From the NCBI GenBank assembly GCA_002269645.1, contig NIVC01000304.1, positions 75,612 through 139,611 of the forward strand: a stretch of 64,000 nucleotides of DNA, in the 5' to 3' direction. Shown piece after piece: positions 1-12,441 of the stretch. A program made the position numbers and the translations under genes. How positions within the stretch are numbered: position 1 is the stretch's first letter; every line of letters begins with the position of its first letter. The notes below the pieces were generated by a model, which saw only the letters and a program-made list of their open reading frames with translations, did no database searches and was not told where the DNA came from. Source of the DNA: Macrostomum lignano (taxonomy: Eukaryota).

Positions 1-123
1 TCATTTTCACTGAATTGGTCACTGATATTCATTTTCACTGAATTGGTCACTGATATTCACTGTCACTAAATTGGTCACTAATAATCACTGTCACTGAATT
101 GGTCACTGATATTCATTCTCACT
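1..123. repeat. 28-bp minisatellite (~4 degenerate copies) in Axin intron
   Basis: Unit CATTTTCACTGAATTGGTCACTGATATT recurs at 2 and 30, then in degenerate form to ~123. It lies downstream of the Axin exon donor. Confidence 0.8.
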
Positions 124-201
124 AAAAAATCCATATACTAAAAATAGTTAGCTAGCTAGGAAAGTCAGTCACAAGCTCAGAATGGCCGAGCGAACTCTCA
201 C

Positions 202-1124
202 CCAGACTGCGGCCCGCCGGCAAACTCTGGCAGCGAAGCGCGGCCGCGCTGAAATCTGGTAGCGTAGAGATTCTTGATAGTCAGGTCCAGCACCGGGGCA
301 GCTGAAGCCGACGCTGATGACACGGCTGCAACAACGCCGGCAGCTGCCGCTGGCGACGGCGAGGAACGAGAGCGGGGCACGGAACCGGCGCGTGAACCCG
401 GACCGCCGGAGCCAGGGGCGGCGGTTGAAGCGGCCGCGGATGCTGCAGCGGTCAGCTGCTGTTGCAGTTCCCGATCCTCGTGCACAGTTGGCAGGCTGCG
501 CGGCGTGTGCCCGGCAGGAGAGGCCGCCAGCTCAGGGCCGCTAGCCAGATAGGGCTGCCAGGCGGACCCGCTGCCAACGCAGGCCACGTAGTTGATGTAC
601 AGATCGGACTTGAGAAAGGCTGGGTACACAGTGTGGGTGAGGAATTGCACAATCTCGTCCAGGGCCGGGTCGAACAGGCCCGGATCGGCGTCCCCGGAAC
701 GGACTCGGGCCTGGATAGCGGCCCGGGTCGCGGCGCTGATTGGGACGCAGTCCTCTCTGCTCACGTATTTCTTATTGATGAGGCGGACCAGCTTCCGCGG
801 ATTATCTAAGCCTTCGAGCTGGCAGCCGGATTTTAAACCTTTAACAGCGAAATAGAAATCGAATGCGCGGGCATGCGACGGGTTCATGTCCTCCATGAAC
901 TGTTTCAGCAGTAGTACACCTTCTGGATCGTCTAGCAGATTCTGCGGGCACTCGGCCCAGCGCAGGCAGCTGTAGGCCGCGTTGAGACTCGGCGAGCCGC
1001 GCTGGCTGGCCTCGGTTGAGCCCGCGCCGCCTCTGACCGGCGTTTTGGTGCCGCCAGCGACCGCGCTATTGCCGCCGCCGCCGGAGCCCCGCCGACTGCC
1101 GGGCCCGGAGTTCGGCGTTGTCAT
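202..1124 (-). CDS. axin: Axin-like protein, first coding exon (RGS domain); gene continues off the left edge
   Basis: RWAECPQNLLDDPEGVLLLKQF...FDFYFAVKGL...LFDPALDEIVQFLTHTVYPAFLKSDLYINYV matches the Axin-type RGS domain. It is followed by Axin-typical LPTVHEDREL and LTIKNLYATR segments. The ORF stop (TGA 198-200) lies inside a GTGAGA donor at 201, so the exon ends at 202 (phase 2). An in-frame TAG sits 4 codons upstream of the ATG. Confidence 0.85.
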
Positions 1125-2845
1125 GGCAACCGGCTAAGGCAGCTGGTAGCCTAACTGTAACAGCTGCTGGCAGTTTGCCATGCATCACAATAAAAGTGAA
1201 CGCGTGATTGAAGCACTGAGCTGTCTAAAGTAACACACTTTTAAAGAATCGCATTTCCTAGAACACCCTTTTAACCCGTAAATCTTTCCACTAACAGGCA
1301 TGCAGTAAACATTTTAGGAAAACAGTACATGTATGTTTTGTAAGTCATATTTACCAAATATTTTTAATTCCTTAACTTCCAACCACAAAGTATCAATAGT
1401 TTATATATACGAGGGGTGTCCAGAAAGTTCTGACACTTATAACTTGGTCAGTTATATAAATATATATAATATGTGCAAAATATATGCGACTGAAATTATT
1501 GGAAAGAAGAGCTGTGCCGCTTTACATTGACACGCTCGTACACTGGCCCAGCAAAATGCCAACACTGACGGACGCGCACCAGCCGCCAAACTATAATATA
1601 TATATAAACCTACTAAACGCGCGGACAGCACACTTTTGTCTGCGTTTTTATCATTCATTTAATCTGTCCCGGTGATTAGTCCAAGCAAACCTTATGCGTT
1701 CAGATACCAGGGCTAAAGGAGATGGGAACAGTTGCGGCAGATTCTATACTTGATCATGGACTCCTAAATAAAGCTTTGGGTGGCGCATTCAGGACAGGGG
1801 TCGTTAGCCCAGTGGGTTAGCGCCTTCGCCGCTGCCACAAGTTAAGCAGAGATGGCTGCGGTTAGTGCGCTGATGAATACTTATAGTATATGAATAATAT
1901 TATAAATATTGTGATTCTTGGGATTTCAAGACTTCTATAAATTGTCAAATTTGAGTAATGCTTCTGCAACTTCTGAGTTAGATGCTCGGCAGTGTAAAGG
2001 GTAGGGCAGAGATGTTGGTAGTTTATTTGATTATTTATTTTTTTACTGACTGATGCCACCTGGCGTACTGAATTTGGACTTGCATTTTCGGACGCTTAAA
2101 CACACCCAGGATAAAAAAAACAAAATTTGTAAATATTGGTTGAACAAAACCGTAGTAAATCATAGCTAATAGCTAAAAAACAAAAGAAATGCACTGCCTT
2201 ATCTTGGGCAAAGGGTTCATAGAAGAGTTATGCTCTAGATAAGTATTATAGACAAGGTAAGCGCGGCAAAGTAGGCAATTTAGAGTTGCTTCCTGGCTGA
2301 CTGCTTAGACAGGCGGGGTAAAATTCCCAAGATTTTAGCCCCTTCCCCCCCGGGCCATTCCTCAGTGCCTGCTATCAGTCCGTGGAGTGTGCATACACGA
2401 CCCAACCCCCCTTCCCTCCAAACCTATCGCATGCCTATCGCTAGTGTCAATCAATTTCTTAGCTAAACCAGCCCCCAAACAGAAGAGAGAGGTTACCCTA
2501 GCCAAAAAGCACTTCCGTTCGATTCGTTTATTGGGGCTTGGCGCTGTTAAGAAGCCCCGACAACTAGTAGCCTATCTATCGGATCTCAATTATTAGAGAA
2601 ATACTAACATTTTGCAGAGCCGCCACCCACGCGTGCGCCACTGTTTGCGCTAACAATCTTAGCACAGGCTTTGCTGTACACAAGCAGAAATTAACGTTAA
2701 AAGCTAATCGCTTCACAAAAGTTATGAAATTGCCCAAAACTACGCGTCTCATTTACAAAAACGTTTTGACAGATAAATAGCTGTAATTAACTGAGTTGCC
2801 ATTATAATAGTCCGTAAAACAATACAATAATGCATTTCTAATTAA

Positions 2846-3828
2846 TAACTAAACCGCATAACTATCTGAGCTGAGAACTGAAACCGCATGACTATCTGAG
2901 CTGAGAACTGAAACAGCATGACTATCTGAGCTGAGAACTGAAACAGCATAACTATCTGAGCTGAGAACTGAAACCGCATGACTATCTGAGCTGAGAACTG
3001 AAACCGCATGACTATCTGAGCTGAAAACTGAAACCGCATGACTATCTGAGCTGAGAACTGAAACCGCATAACTATCTGAGCTGAGAACTGAAACCGCATG
3101 ACTATCTGAGCTGAGAACTGAAACCGCATGACTATCTGAGCTGAGAACTGAAACCGCATGACTATCTGAGCTGAAAACTGAAACCGCATGACTATCTGAG
3201 CTGAGAACTGAAACCGCATAACTATCTGAGCTGAGAACTGAAACCGCATGACTATCTGAGCTGAGAACTGAAACCGCATGACTATCTGAGCTGAGGACTG
3301 AAACCGCATGACTATCTGAGCTGAGAACACAAACCGCATGACTATCTGAGCTGAGAACTGAAACCGCATGACTATCTGAGCTGAGAACACAAACCGCATG
3401 ACTATCTGAGCTGAGAACTGAAACCGCAAGACTATCTGAGCTGAGAAGACAAACCGCATGACTATCTGAGCTGAGAAGACAAACCGCAAGACTATCTGAG
3501 CTGAGAACTGAAACCGCATGACTATCTGAGCTGAGAACTGAAACCGCATGACTATCTGAGCTGAGAACTGAAACCGCATGACTATCTGAGCTGAGAAGAC
3601 AAACCGCAAGACTATCTGAGCTGAGAACTGAAACCGCATGACTATCTGAGCTGAGAACTGAAACCGCATGACTATCTGAGCTGAGAAGACAAACCGCAAG
3701 ACTATCTGAGCTGAGAACTGAAACCGCATGACTATCTGAGCTGAGAAGACAAACCGCATGACTATCTGAGCTGAGAACACAAACCGCATGACTATCTGAG
3801 CTGAGAACTGAAACCGCATGACTATCTA
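2846..3828. repeat. 30-bp minisatellite, ~33 copies
   Basis: Unit ACTGAAACCGCATGACTATCTGAGCTGAGA, highly homogeneous. The 325/328-aa ORFs are readouts of the repeat. Confidence 0.97.
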
Positions 3829-4824
3829 AAGACAACGAAGATTTAAAAAATTACTGAAGATAATTTTGACAAGTCCGAAAGACAAGTCCAAGTCCGACAA
3901 GTTCCGCAGCTTTAAACGTTTAGTCATGCCATCTAATCTAGGAATGTTCTGAGTCGGAGTTTCAGTTTAAAAGAATGCACCAACACTGTAGCTTTAGCCA
4001 GACTTCCTAATCTGGCTTTGCGTACACAAAGATCTGGCCCCATCATAAAACGGGCGGGCGGCATCAAAGGTAAATAATACTAGGAGGTACAGAGGAGCAG
4101 AGTTAGACACTGGCGGGTTAATTTTCTTTGATCTAACGCCGACACAAACTATCGGGCTGAGTTGCACTCAGGGGGGGCGACTGAGCTCACAAAACGAGAT
4201 TGACCAGACTAGAAAGTTATACTCCCGGATCAAAGGAAAAACACTTTCTATTGCAGTTAAGCCGACAAGAATCAGAAAACCAGAAGGAAATTTGATGTCA
4301 TCAAAATGCTCAATCACATGTATCTAATAATGCCAGTTACAATAGCAATGCTTTTGAAGTAGAATTCAACTGCCATGTGTATTCAAACACTAAACTAAGA
4401 ACTAAGAGCTGAGTTAAGAAGGCATCCAGCTATAAAATGGATGCCAGAATTAGCTGGGATAATTGAGGGTGTATATAGCAACCCATAGTCCTAGTCAGCT
4501 GTAGATATATAGCTACACCTGAGCTGTTGGTTGCACATCTGGCCTAATTGGGGCCTAGTGGTTAAAAAACTGGCCCAATATTATAATATATCTGGCCCAA
4601 TTGGATTGACCAGACTAGGCCAATCCCAATCAAAGGTAAGGTAAGGTCAATTTCAATTGGGGTAAATGTAATAAAAAAATCTACTTAATAAATAGTAGCC
4701 TTATACTATTGCTACTTGTACATACATGCGCAACCCCCTGATTAACACTGGCCATGCAACTTACTTTTTGACCAAAAATGCGACTTACCTATGAAAGAAA
4801 CCCTAAAGCAAAATCAACGCTTTT

Positions 4825-4890
4825 GGGTAAACGGCAGGAGTAACTATAACTGTCTTATGAGGGCTAAAAATGCATCGTCATCTAATTAGT
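4825..4890 (+). pseudogene. Isolated degenerate 28S rDNA fragment spanning the R2/I-PpoI target site
   Basis: GGGTAAACGGCAGGAGTAACTATAACTGTCTTATGAGGGCTAAAAATGCATCGTCATCTAATTAGT versus the conserved eukaryotic 28S segment (recalled from memory) GGGTAAACGGCGGGAGTAACTATGACTCTCTTAAGGTAGCCAAATGCCTCGTCATCTAATTAGT: 55/64 identities plus a 2-nt insertion by hand alignment. Flanks are not recognisably rDNA. Confidence 0.7.
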
Positions 4891-5938
4891 ACTATGTCTA
4901 TAACTCTATATTCTTTGGGGTGGGCATTCTTGCAACTTACCCCTGGTCCACCACAATTTACAGTGGCCAGATTGGCCAGGTTGTCTAGCAGTTGCGCATG
5001 TATGTACTTGTATCACCAACATACTTGTTCTATATACGAGTCATATTTACTTGTAGTCATATTTACACATTATCATTTGATAATACAATTTAGTATCAAC
5101 TAACCACTGTAATATAGCATGCAATAGAAATATTGTAAAAAAGAACTTTTTCAGCTCTAATAATATATTGAGCTTTGAGCTTTGAATCTTTGTGCACTAA
5201 CCACCAAAGGCTAGGCATAAATGAAATATAGAAAGAGATGAATAATCACCTGATAGAATGAATAATCTGGTCATTTTTTTATATATTTTAGAATAGAGCA
5301 ATGAGTGAAAGTGTGATTTTTTTATATATGCTTAAAAATTGACAAAATTAGGATTTAGTAGATTAGTATAATCTATTAGAAAACTAATGGGAATCATAAA
5401 AATATTGCATATGAGTATATATTACATGCACTTTACTAAGTAAAAGTGGCATATTTGGCTTTTTATGAAAATGAATATTAAAAGTTAAAACAATTAGAAA
5501 ACAGACAAACATCAGTTGTAGCATCTGAATAAAAAACTAATTACCTGGCTTCTATGCAGCCATGCCTAAACTAAGTTCTGTGTATCAAATACAATATAGC
5601 AATGAAAGTTGCAAAAAATCATAGTGCATAAACCTAGCAGTTAGGGAATTTCTACTTTATTTTTTACAGTTTAGCACAGTAAAAAATGCTAGAAAGAACT
5701 GAAAATATTGGTCTGTCTTATTAGACACTTATGCCCAATTAAGTTAACAAAGGTCTAGGCTATAAAAGACAACGAAAATCTATAAGAATATAGAAATTAT
5801 TATAGTATAAATAGAATTCCTCTTTTGGAGGAGAAAAGGGTTTAATAACTCTTATCACTAGAATTTAATTCCCTGAAATCCATTAGCTTAATCCTATGAC
5901 CCAAATCCCATTATCTTAATCCTTTCCAAATCTATCAG

Positions 5939-6330
5939 AATCCTCCCCATGAAATAGGACTCTATTAATATCCTCTCCATAAAATAGAACTCCATTGAAA
6001 TCCTCCCCATGAAGCTAAAAACCATCAATATTCACCTCTGTGAAACTTCTCTATCAAAGTCCTTTTTGCAAAATAGAAATCCTCTCTGTGAAAGTGAAAA
6101 CCATCAAAATCCTCTTTGTCAAATAGAAATCCATCAAAATTCTCTCTGTGAAATAGAACTCCATCAAAATCTTCTCTGCAAAATAGAAATCCTTTCCATG
6201 AAAGTAAAAACCATTGAAATCCTCTCCATCAAAAAGAAATCTATCAAAATTCTTTCCATAAATAGAACTTTATCAAATTCTTTTCATGAAGCTAAATTCT
6301 ATCAAAATCTTCTCCATTCAACAATAATCT
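5939..6330. repeat. Old degenerate 30-bp tandem array (~13 units)
   Basis: Consensus approx. AATCCTCTCCATGAAATAGAACTCCATCAA, with unit starts at 5939, 5969 and 5999; strongly diverged. Confidence 0.75.
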
Positions 6331-8149
6331 ATTTTTAATATCATCTCTATCAAGCAAGTTGCAATTCACTAATTTAATCATAATACCCAATATCTCCATG
6401 AAATTCTAGTCCATCAAGACTTAAATTGAGATTGAGATCCAAAAGATCTTTGATTTCCATACTTTTAATAATTCAAGTTAGAGGTATCAGTGGTTAGGGT
6501 TAGAGTTAACATCATTTCATTGTTCTTTCATTTCATTGTTATCCGTAGCCTCTTTACTGGGTATTCACCTGTACATTGAACCCTATTGCCGCCACCTCCA
6601 ACATGGGGGTTTTAATTGAATTATATACAGAAGACATGTCAGAAATTAAAAGAATGTTTTATCTTGAATGCTGTGCCTTTTGTTTTTATATATAAAGCAA
6701 GAAACTGATATCCCTAAACTCAGTGTTATAAGATATTTCTAGCAATATAAGTCTTTCCTCTTAGAGTTTAAAAATCAAAGAACAATTAGCATTTGAAATT
6801 TACCAATTTCCTGACTGCTTGCCTAAGAGGCTCATAAGTTTGTTTATTGAATTTCACTGTGTAGCTAAAACACAGGGCCAATAATAAGACTAATTGAATC
6901 TCAACATAGTCTTATCTATCTGTTTATACTGTACAACTACTATGTACACTCAGATTAAGCCCAATCTCCCCCTATTCCTAGGGAATCATTAAGTTTAATT
7001 GCACCCCCAACATAGGGGGGAAAGTTATTTGCCTTATATGTAGAACATAGTATATGCACCTATCCCCTAAACCCAATATATATCTATTATATTATTATTC
7101 ATTATTATACACAGCTTTATTACATACCAAGCTAAAAAAGGCTAATGTTACCATAAAATTCTAGTTTGTAGAAGACTTTCTTAGTAAGTATAGATAGGCC
7201 ATTGATAATGATATAATCTAAGACAGTGTTTATCTATACAGTACATTCATAAGAATAATTTTTGTCTTATCTATATGTAGATCTTATCTTATCTACATGT
7301 TATAAAAATTATTTCTATCTTATCCATATAATATACTAGCAAGATAGTTGCTTATCTTCCTAAATATATTATATATAAAGAATACTTAACTTTTTATCCA
7401 CAAGGCACAATGACAAAATAGTCTGTCTTATCTTCTTCTAATAGATACTGTAAGAAAAAAATTAGTTTGTTACTTACAGTTTAATTATAATATAACAATA
7501 TAGTAGCTATCTTGTCAATGCCATATGGATAAGCAAAAAATTATTCTCATAAAATTAGTACTATAAGAATAGGACAGAAATGATTCTAATAATATATGTA
7601 TCATATTATGATATATCATATATTGTATCATATCAATTAATAAAGTTAATATATATATAATATGCAAACAAACTTTACAGAAAACATGACAGTATAAGTT
7701 TAATTTGTTTATTTAAAAGTGTTTTAACTGGTCTATTATACTTTTTGTATAAGTCAGATGTATGTATCAATATTGAGATATCCTATAATTGACCAAATAT
7801 TATATACATTAGAATCTCTGAGTCAGCAACAACTTAAAATTATAGAATCTATTTTTTGCTTCATTAATTAATTTAAACAAGCTGTTGAAACCCGCGGATT
7901 TTGAACCCGGGGAATTCCAATACCCGGAACTACTTTTGCATGTATTCTGAAATCTAAGGCCATACACAAACAAAAACTTGTTAATAGTTAGTAGGATAGA
8001 GGTAGACATAAAATGGAGCACATTCGTGTAAAATTAGGGTTTGAGACATTGTTGGCTGGGGTACTGCGCAGAATGTCAGGCAATGTCTGTCTGACTCTAA
8101 AACATATATTGCTAAACTCTGGTCTCTCCCTGACTCTCCCTACGTCCCT

Positions 8150-8576
8150 TGGATCCTTTAAAATTTCTATCGTCTCTTTGTTTCCTCTCATCTCTCTCGT
8201 CCCTCGTCTCTCCTCTCTCCTCTCTCCCCTCTTCTCTCGTATCTTCCCTCATCTCTCTTCTCTTTCATCTCTCTTATCTCATCTCTTGTCTCTTCTTTTC
8301 TCTCTCCTCTCCTCTCTCCTCTCTACTTTTTCGTTTTCTCTCTCCTCTCCTCTCTCCTCTCTCTCCCTCTCCTCTCTCCTCTCACCCCCTCTTCTTTCTT
8401 ATCTTCCTTCTCCTTTCTATTCTTTTCTCTCTTCTCTTAACTCTCTCCTCTACTCTCTCATCTCTCCCCTCTTCTCTTGTCTCTTCCCTCACCTCTTTTC
8501 TCTCTCGTCTTTGCTCTCTCATCTTTCCTTTCTCTTCTTTTATCTTTTCTCTCTTATCTCTTCTCATTTCTCTCTG

Positions 8577-8664
<88 letters not shown>

Positions 8665-9290
8665 GTCTTTCTCTCTTATCTCTTCTCCTCTCTCTACTCT
8701 CTCCCCTCTCCATTCTCCCCTTTCCTCTCCCCTCTCCTCACTCACTTCTCTACCTTTGTCTCTCCTCTCTCCTCTCGTCTCTGTAACCTCTCCTCTGTTC
8801 TCTCTACTTTCCCATCTTTTATCTGTTCACTCTTGTCTCTGCTCTCTCATCCCCCTCTTTAATCTGGCATCTCTGTCTTATATGTTCTCTCACCTCTCTC
8901 CTCTGTACTCTTTTCTTTCCCCTCTTTTGACTCCTCACTTTCCTTTCTCCTTTCTTCTTTTCTCTTCTCTTCCCTTTTCTATACTCTGTCTCCCTCTCTT
9001 CTCTCACTCCACTCTCCTCTATCCGTTATCTCTCATCTCTCATTCCACCTCTCATCTCTACAACCTTAGAGATGTAGAGATGTATCTTTATCTCTTCTCT
9101 CTTCCCTGTACTCTCTCATCTCTTCTTTCACCTGTTTCCTCTCTGCTCTCCTCTCTGCTGTCTCCTCTCTCCTCTCATCTGCAGCTCTCTGCTCTCTCAT
9201 CTCTACTCTCTACTCTCGCTTTTCCTCTCTCCCCTCTTCTCTCCCTCTCTCTCATCGTCATCACCCCCTCATCTCTCCTATTATCTTTTA
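8150..9290. repeat. CT-rich low-complexity tract containing pure (TC)40 at 8581-8660
   Basis: Directly visible. The Leu/Ser-rich and Glu/Arg-rich ORFs here are artefacts. Confidence 0.95.
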
Positions 9291-10074
9291 GGCTCATTCC
9301 ATATAAGATGGACATATTTGGAAAATAGAAAAAAGTCAATATTTTTGCTTGCCATTGCCTAATTAGCCTATTTTTTTACCAAATGTTTATATTGTGCAAT
9401 ATATAACCTAAGAATAAAGGAATGGTAAAATGTTGGATTAGTATGTTATCAATTGGCAAAAAGTCATTTTTGTAAAAATTTGGACATTTTTTGAAGCAAA
9501 AGACATCATTAAGATTTTGTACCTTTTAAAAACAAATAGAAAGCTTTTGAAGGTTGAAACAAACTATAGATAAAAGTATAGCACTTGCATCATCAGATAA
9601 AAGCATTGGTGACCAAATAATCTATTATATTTTTAATGTATTAGTACCTCAAAGTTACTGAATTGACAGAAAAAAATATGTTACGACCATAATGTTACGA
9701 CCATAAGGCTGCCTTTTCTTTTGTATCTTTGTTGCCTTTTGAGTTTATATATTCTAATAAAAGAGTATGATTTCTAAAGATGTTCTTAGTCAAATTTTAA
9801 AAATGTATTGCAAAATATTAAAAATGAAAAATGTTATAAGACTTTTACCTTTTAGTTTCTATATGTCAAAAATCCTGTCGTTACGACCATAAGTGTCATT
9901 TAAGGTTTAATAGCATCTATACTAATGATGATATCTATACGAAACTCTATAAATATATTCTAGACAAAATAATCTTTCATTTAAAATATTGGTTTAGTAT
10001 ATTCTATTATTAGATTTCATTTTACAAGTAAAAATAACCTGTCATGTTACGACCATGCTTATATGGAATGAGCC
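9291..10074. mobile_element. 784-bp non-autonomous DNA transposon (MITE), copy 1, 4-bp TSD TTTA
   Basis: TIR GGCTCATTCCATATAAG...CTTATATGGAATGAGCC, with TTTA on both sides. Internal GTTACGACCAT motif occurs 4 times. A near-identical copy is at 35954-36739. Confidence 0.93.
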
Positions 10075-10720
10075 TTTATCTTTTCTTTTATCCCCTCTTT
10101 CGCTTCTCTTCTCTTTGAATTGTCTATTCCTTCTTCTTTCCACTCTCATCTGCCCCTCAGCCATGAGCTGGATTCTTTATCTGGCCTTTGAGGTAAAAGT
10201 CTGCCCATCCCTGCTTGGAAAGCCAGTTTGTGAGATGTAGTACTCTCATGGTTGTTATCATGCTTTGATCACGTCATTTTTCTTGCAAATTTGCAGCCCT
10301 GAAAGGAATTTGGGTATCTTCAGCTCCACTGCAGTCTGCATCAGTCTAACAACCAAGGAAATACACATTTCTTAGAAGGCCATTTAAAATTTACACGGTA
10401 CCTTTAAACGAAACCTAAAATTTCCATGGTGTGCCTAATTTAGTAGGGTTGTATGTATTTCATTGCATCGCATCGCCTTTTCATAAATCTTTCGCTTTTA
10501 CAAACCATGCTGGTTAGTGGATTCCCTCGATTTGCCAATTGCCAATTGCCATCCACTGTTAAACTGCTGCAGAGTTTGCCAATACAGAGGGGAGGGCAGT
10601 GGTTAGAATTTCTCACTAAACTGTCATGGCTAAACGTAGCCTCTCCACTCTGGGGGTGCAGAGAAGGCTATTAAAAAGTTATTCCAAAACACTGTACATT
10701 TGCTATGTACATTCAGTCCT

Positions 10721-11404
10721 ATTGCCTGACCCTTCGTCTGGCTCTGGGGGAATGAGTGAGTGAGTGGCACAAACAACAGAAAAAGCAGACAAACTTCACA
10801 TGCTTACAGTTTCTTTTTCTGTTGAGTTACAGAGTTGAAACTTTACATTTAGATAGAGAATGAGTCAATGAAGAATTGTGTCAAGTTTGAAGTCAATCGC
10901 TTTATTTGGAGCAAACTTATGGCAGCTGAAATTTAGTCAATTTTGAAACCCTTTTACACATCTGGGCCCAGATCGGGATCGAGAAAGAGAGGCAGGCGGG
11001 CGGAGGTTGGGGTGGTTGCTACGCTGAAAAAAGCAGCCTAACTTTAAAAGTGCACAGCACCGTTCAGGATTAACTTTGAAACTCGAAATTTTACATGATT
11101 GTTCCAAAATAGTTGAAGATTATCTGTGTCAAATTTGAAGAGAATTAGTAAAAGTGGAGCGGCGCTATGGAGGATTTAGTGAAAAAAATCGCGCATTTTG
11201 AGCAGTTTTTTGTACTTTTAGGTAGGAAGACTTGAGTCTAGGAAATTAAAAGGTAGCCTAAGACATTCTCCGTAGTTAGTTTAGGGTGGGTGTAAAGTTT
11301 GGTGTAATTTGGTTGAGTGGTTTGGGAGTCCATAGCAATCAAAATTGTCCACACATAGACACACACACACAGACACACAGAGTTTTGATTTTTATAGTTA
11401 GAGA
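10721..11404 (-). mobile_element. Non-autonomous Helitron-like element
   Basis: Minus strand starts A|TCTCTAACTATAAAAATC followed by a (TG)/(TCTG) microsatellite, the usual 5' layout of such elements. There is an imperfect hairpin near 10726-10745, but no clean CTRR 3' end. Confidence 0.4.
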
Positions 11405-12122
11405 TATCCCATTTCAATAAATTATATGCTTTGCTTAATTTTCTTTGCCTTCAAATTTATTACAAAATTAATGTGCAAGTTTAAACAAATTGTAATATAG
11501 TTTAACTAGAAAATTTTAACTATATGTGGAAATACAAATAAATACAATATTTGAGATGTTAATTATTAAATTAATTGTTAGGCCCTACTAAATTTAATTA
11601 CCATAGAAATATAGTGTTGATAGTCATAAATCTGCTTTGTTACCAAAATGGCTATTATCAATCAAAGTAGGCCTAGTCATTTTTGTTACTAAAATGGCAG
11701 TTACCAAAATGGCTATTACTAAAGTGGATTGCATTCTTTATGATTAGGCCCTATGATACAAGTTTTACTATTTTACAAGGATAAGCCAATAATATTGGGT
11801 GCTGACCATTTTGGTGATAGACCACTTCGGCGAAGGCCACTTGGGCAAAAGACCATTTTGGAGAATCAACTTTGGCAAATGAAATGACCATTTTGGCAAA
11901 GCCTGTGAAACATAACAAAACATTTGTTTAACGAAACAAGATAACAGTATGCTAGTACATACAAGTTTATCTCCTGCAAAGAAATTAATATCTGCTTTCT
12001 GTAATACGAGCGTATTGAGTTCATTGATCTACTTAGCTATAATAATCTTAATAAAACCAATGTGCCAAAACGCCTTAACTATTGCGAAGAGATTTTGTGT
12101 GACGTAATTGCCACATTTTGGG

Positions 12123-12362
12123 GACACTCGAGCTCAACAAGGCCAGCTGCCCTTTTACCTTCTGATCCGGTTGCTTCATGAAGAGGTCCATCTGGTCTTT
12201 GTGGAGAGCTGACTATTAGAACAAGGCACTGCTTGACAAGTTGACCGAGCAGCTTTTCTCAAGCGCCAGATGAAGTTTGCTTCACTTTGGGCAAAGTATG
12301 AAACTGGTCTGTATATTGCTATGCAGCTACTGCACGCCTGTAGCAAACTGAATGTGCCGTGA
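12123..12362 (+). pseudogene. Degenerate C-terminal fragment of a MULE-type transposase
   Basis: Hand translation QGQLPFYLLIRLLHEEVHLV..*..*..FASLWAKYETGLYIAMQLLHACSKLNVP* resembles the C-terminus of invertebrate MULE transposases (recalled, not searched). Two in-frame stops; lies between the MULE TIRs. Confidence 0.6.
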
Positions 12363-12441
12363 TCATTTCAATAATAATGAATATGTGCGATACCCAGCAA
12401 TTGACAATTCATGCTATTCATTCATGCTATACGAGCTCATA

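Larger units (their letters stand above)
8103..10213 (-). mobile_element. Probable old hAT-type non-autonomous element with ~1.2-kb expanded polypyrimidine/polypurine core, interrupted by a MITE
   Basis: Minus-strand start CAGGGATGGGCAGAC (10213) and TCAAAGGCCAGATAAAGAATCCAG resemble the 5' part of the 42445 element. AAATTTTAAAGGATCCAAGGGACG (~8145-8168) resembles its 3' part. The far TIR and the TSD are decayed. Confidence 0.45.

Noticed and set aside
1407-1450. TA-CGAGGGGTGTCCAGAAAG, a mariner-like TIR start
   Set aside because: No matching inverted end or transposase was found in the window.
1797-1830. tRNA-like 5' half (GGGGTCGTTAGCCCAGTGGGTTAGCGC)
   Set aside because: No B box, T arm or acceptor-stem partner follows; at most a SINE-head remnant. 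The same applies to the lone GGGTTCGAATC at ~12965.
2842-3835. 325-aa and 328-aa ORFs
   Set aside because: Pure 10-aa readouts of a 30-bp minisatellite; no unique sequence and no synonymous variation pattern.
8013-9328. Leu/Ser-rich 237-283-aa ORFs
   Set aside because: Translation of CT low-complexity DNA.
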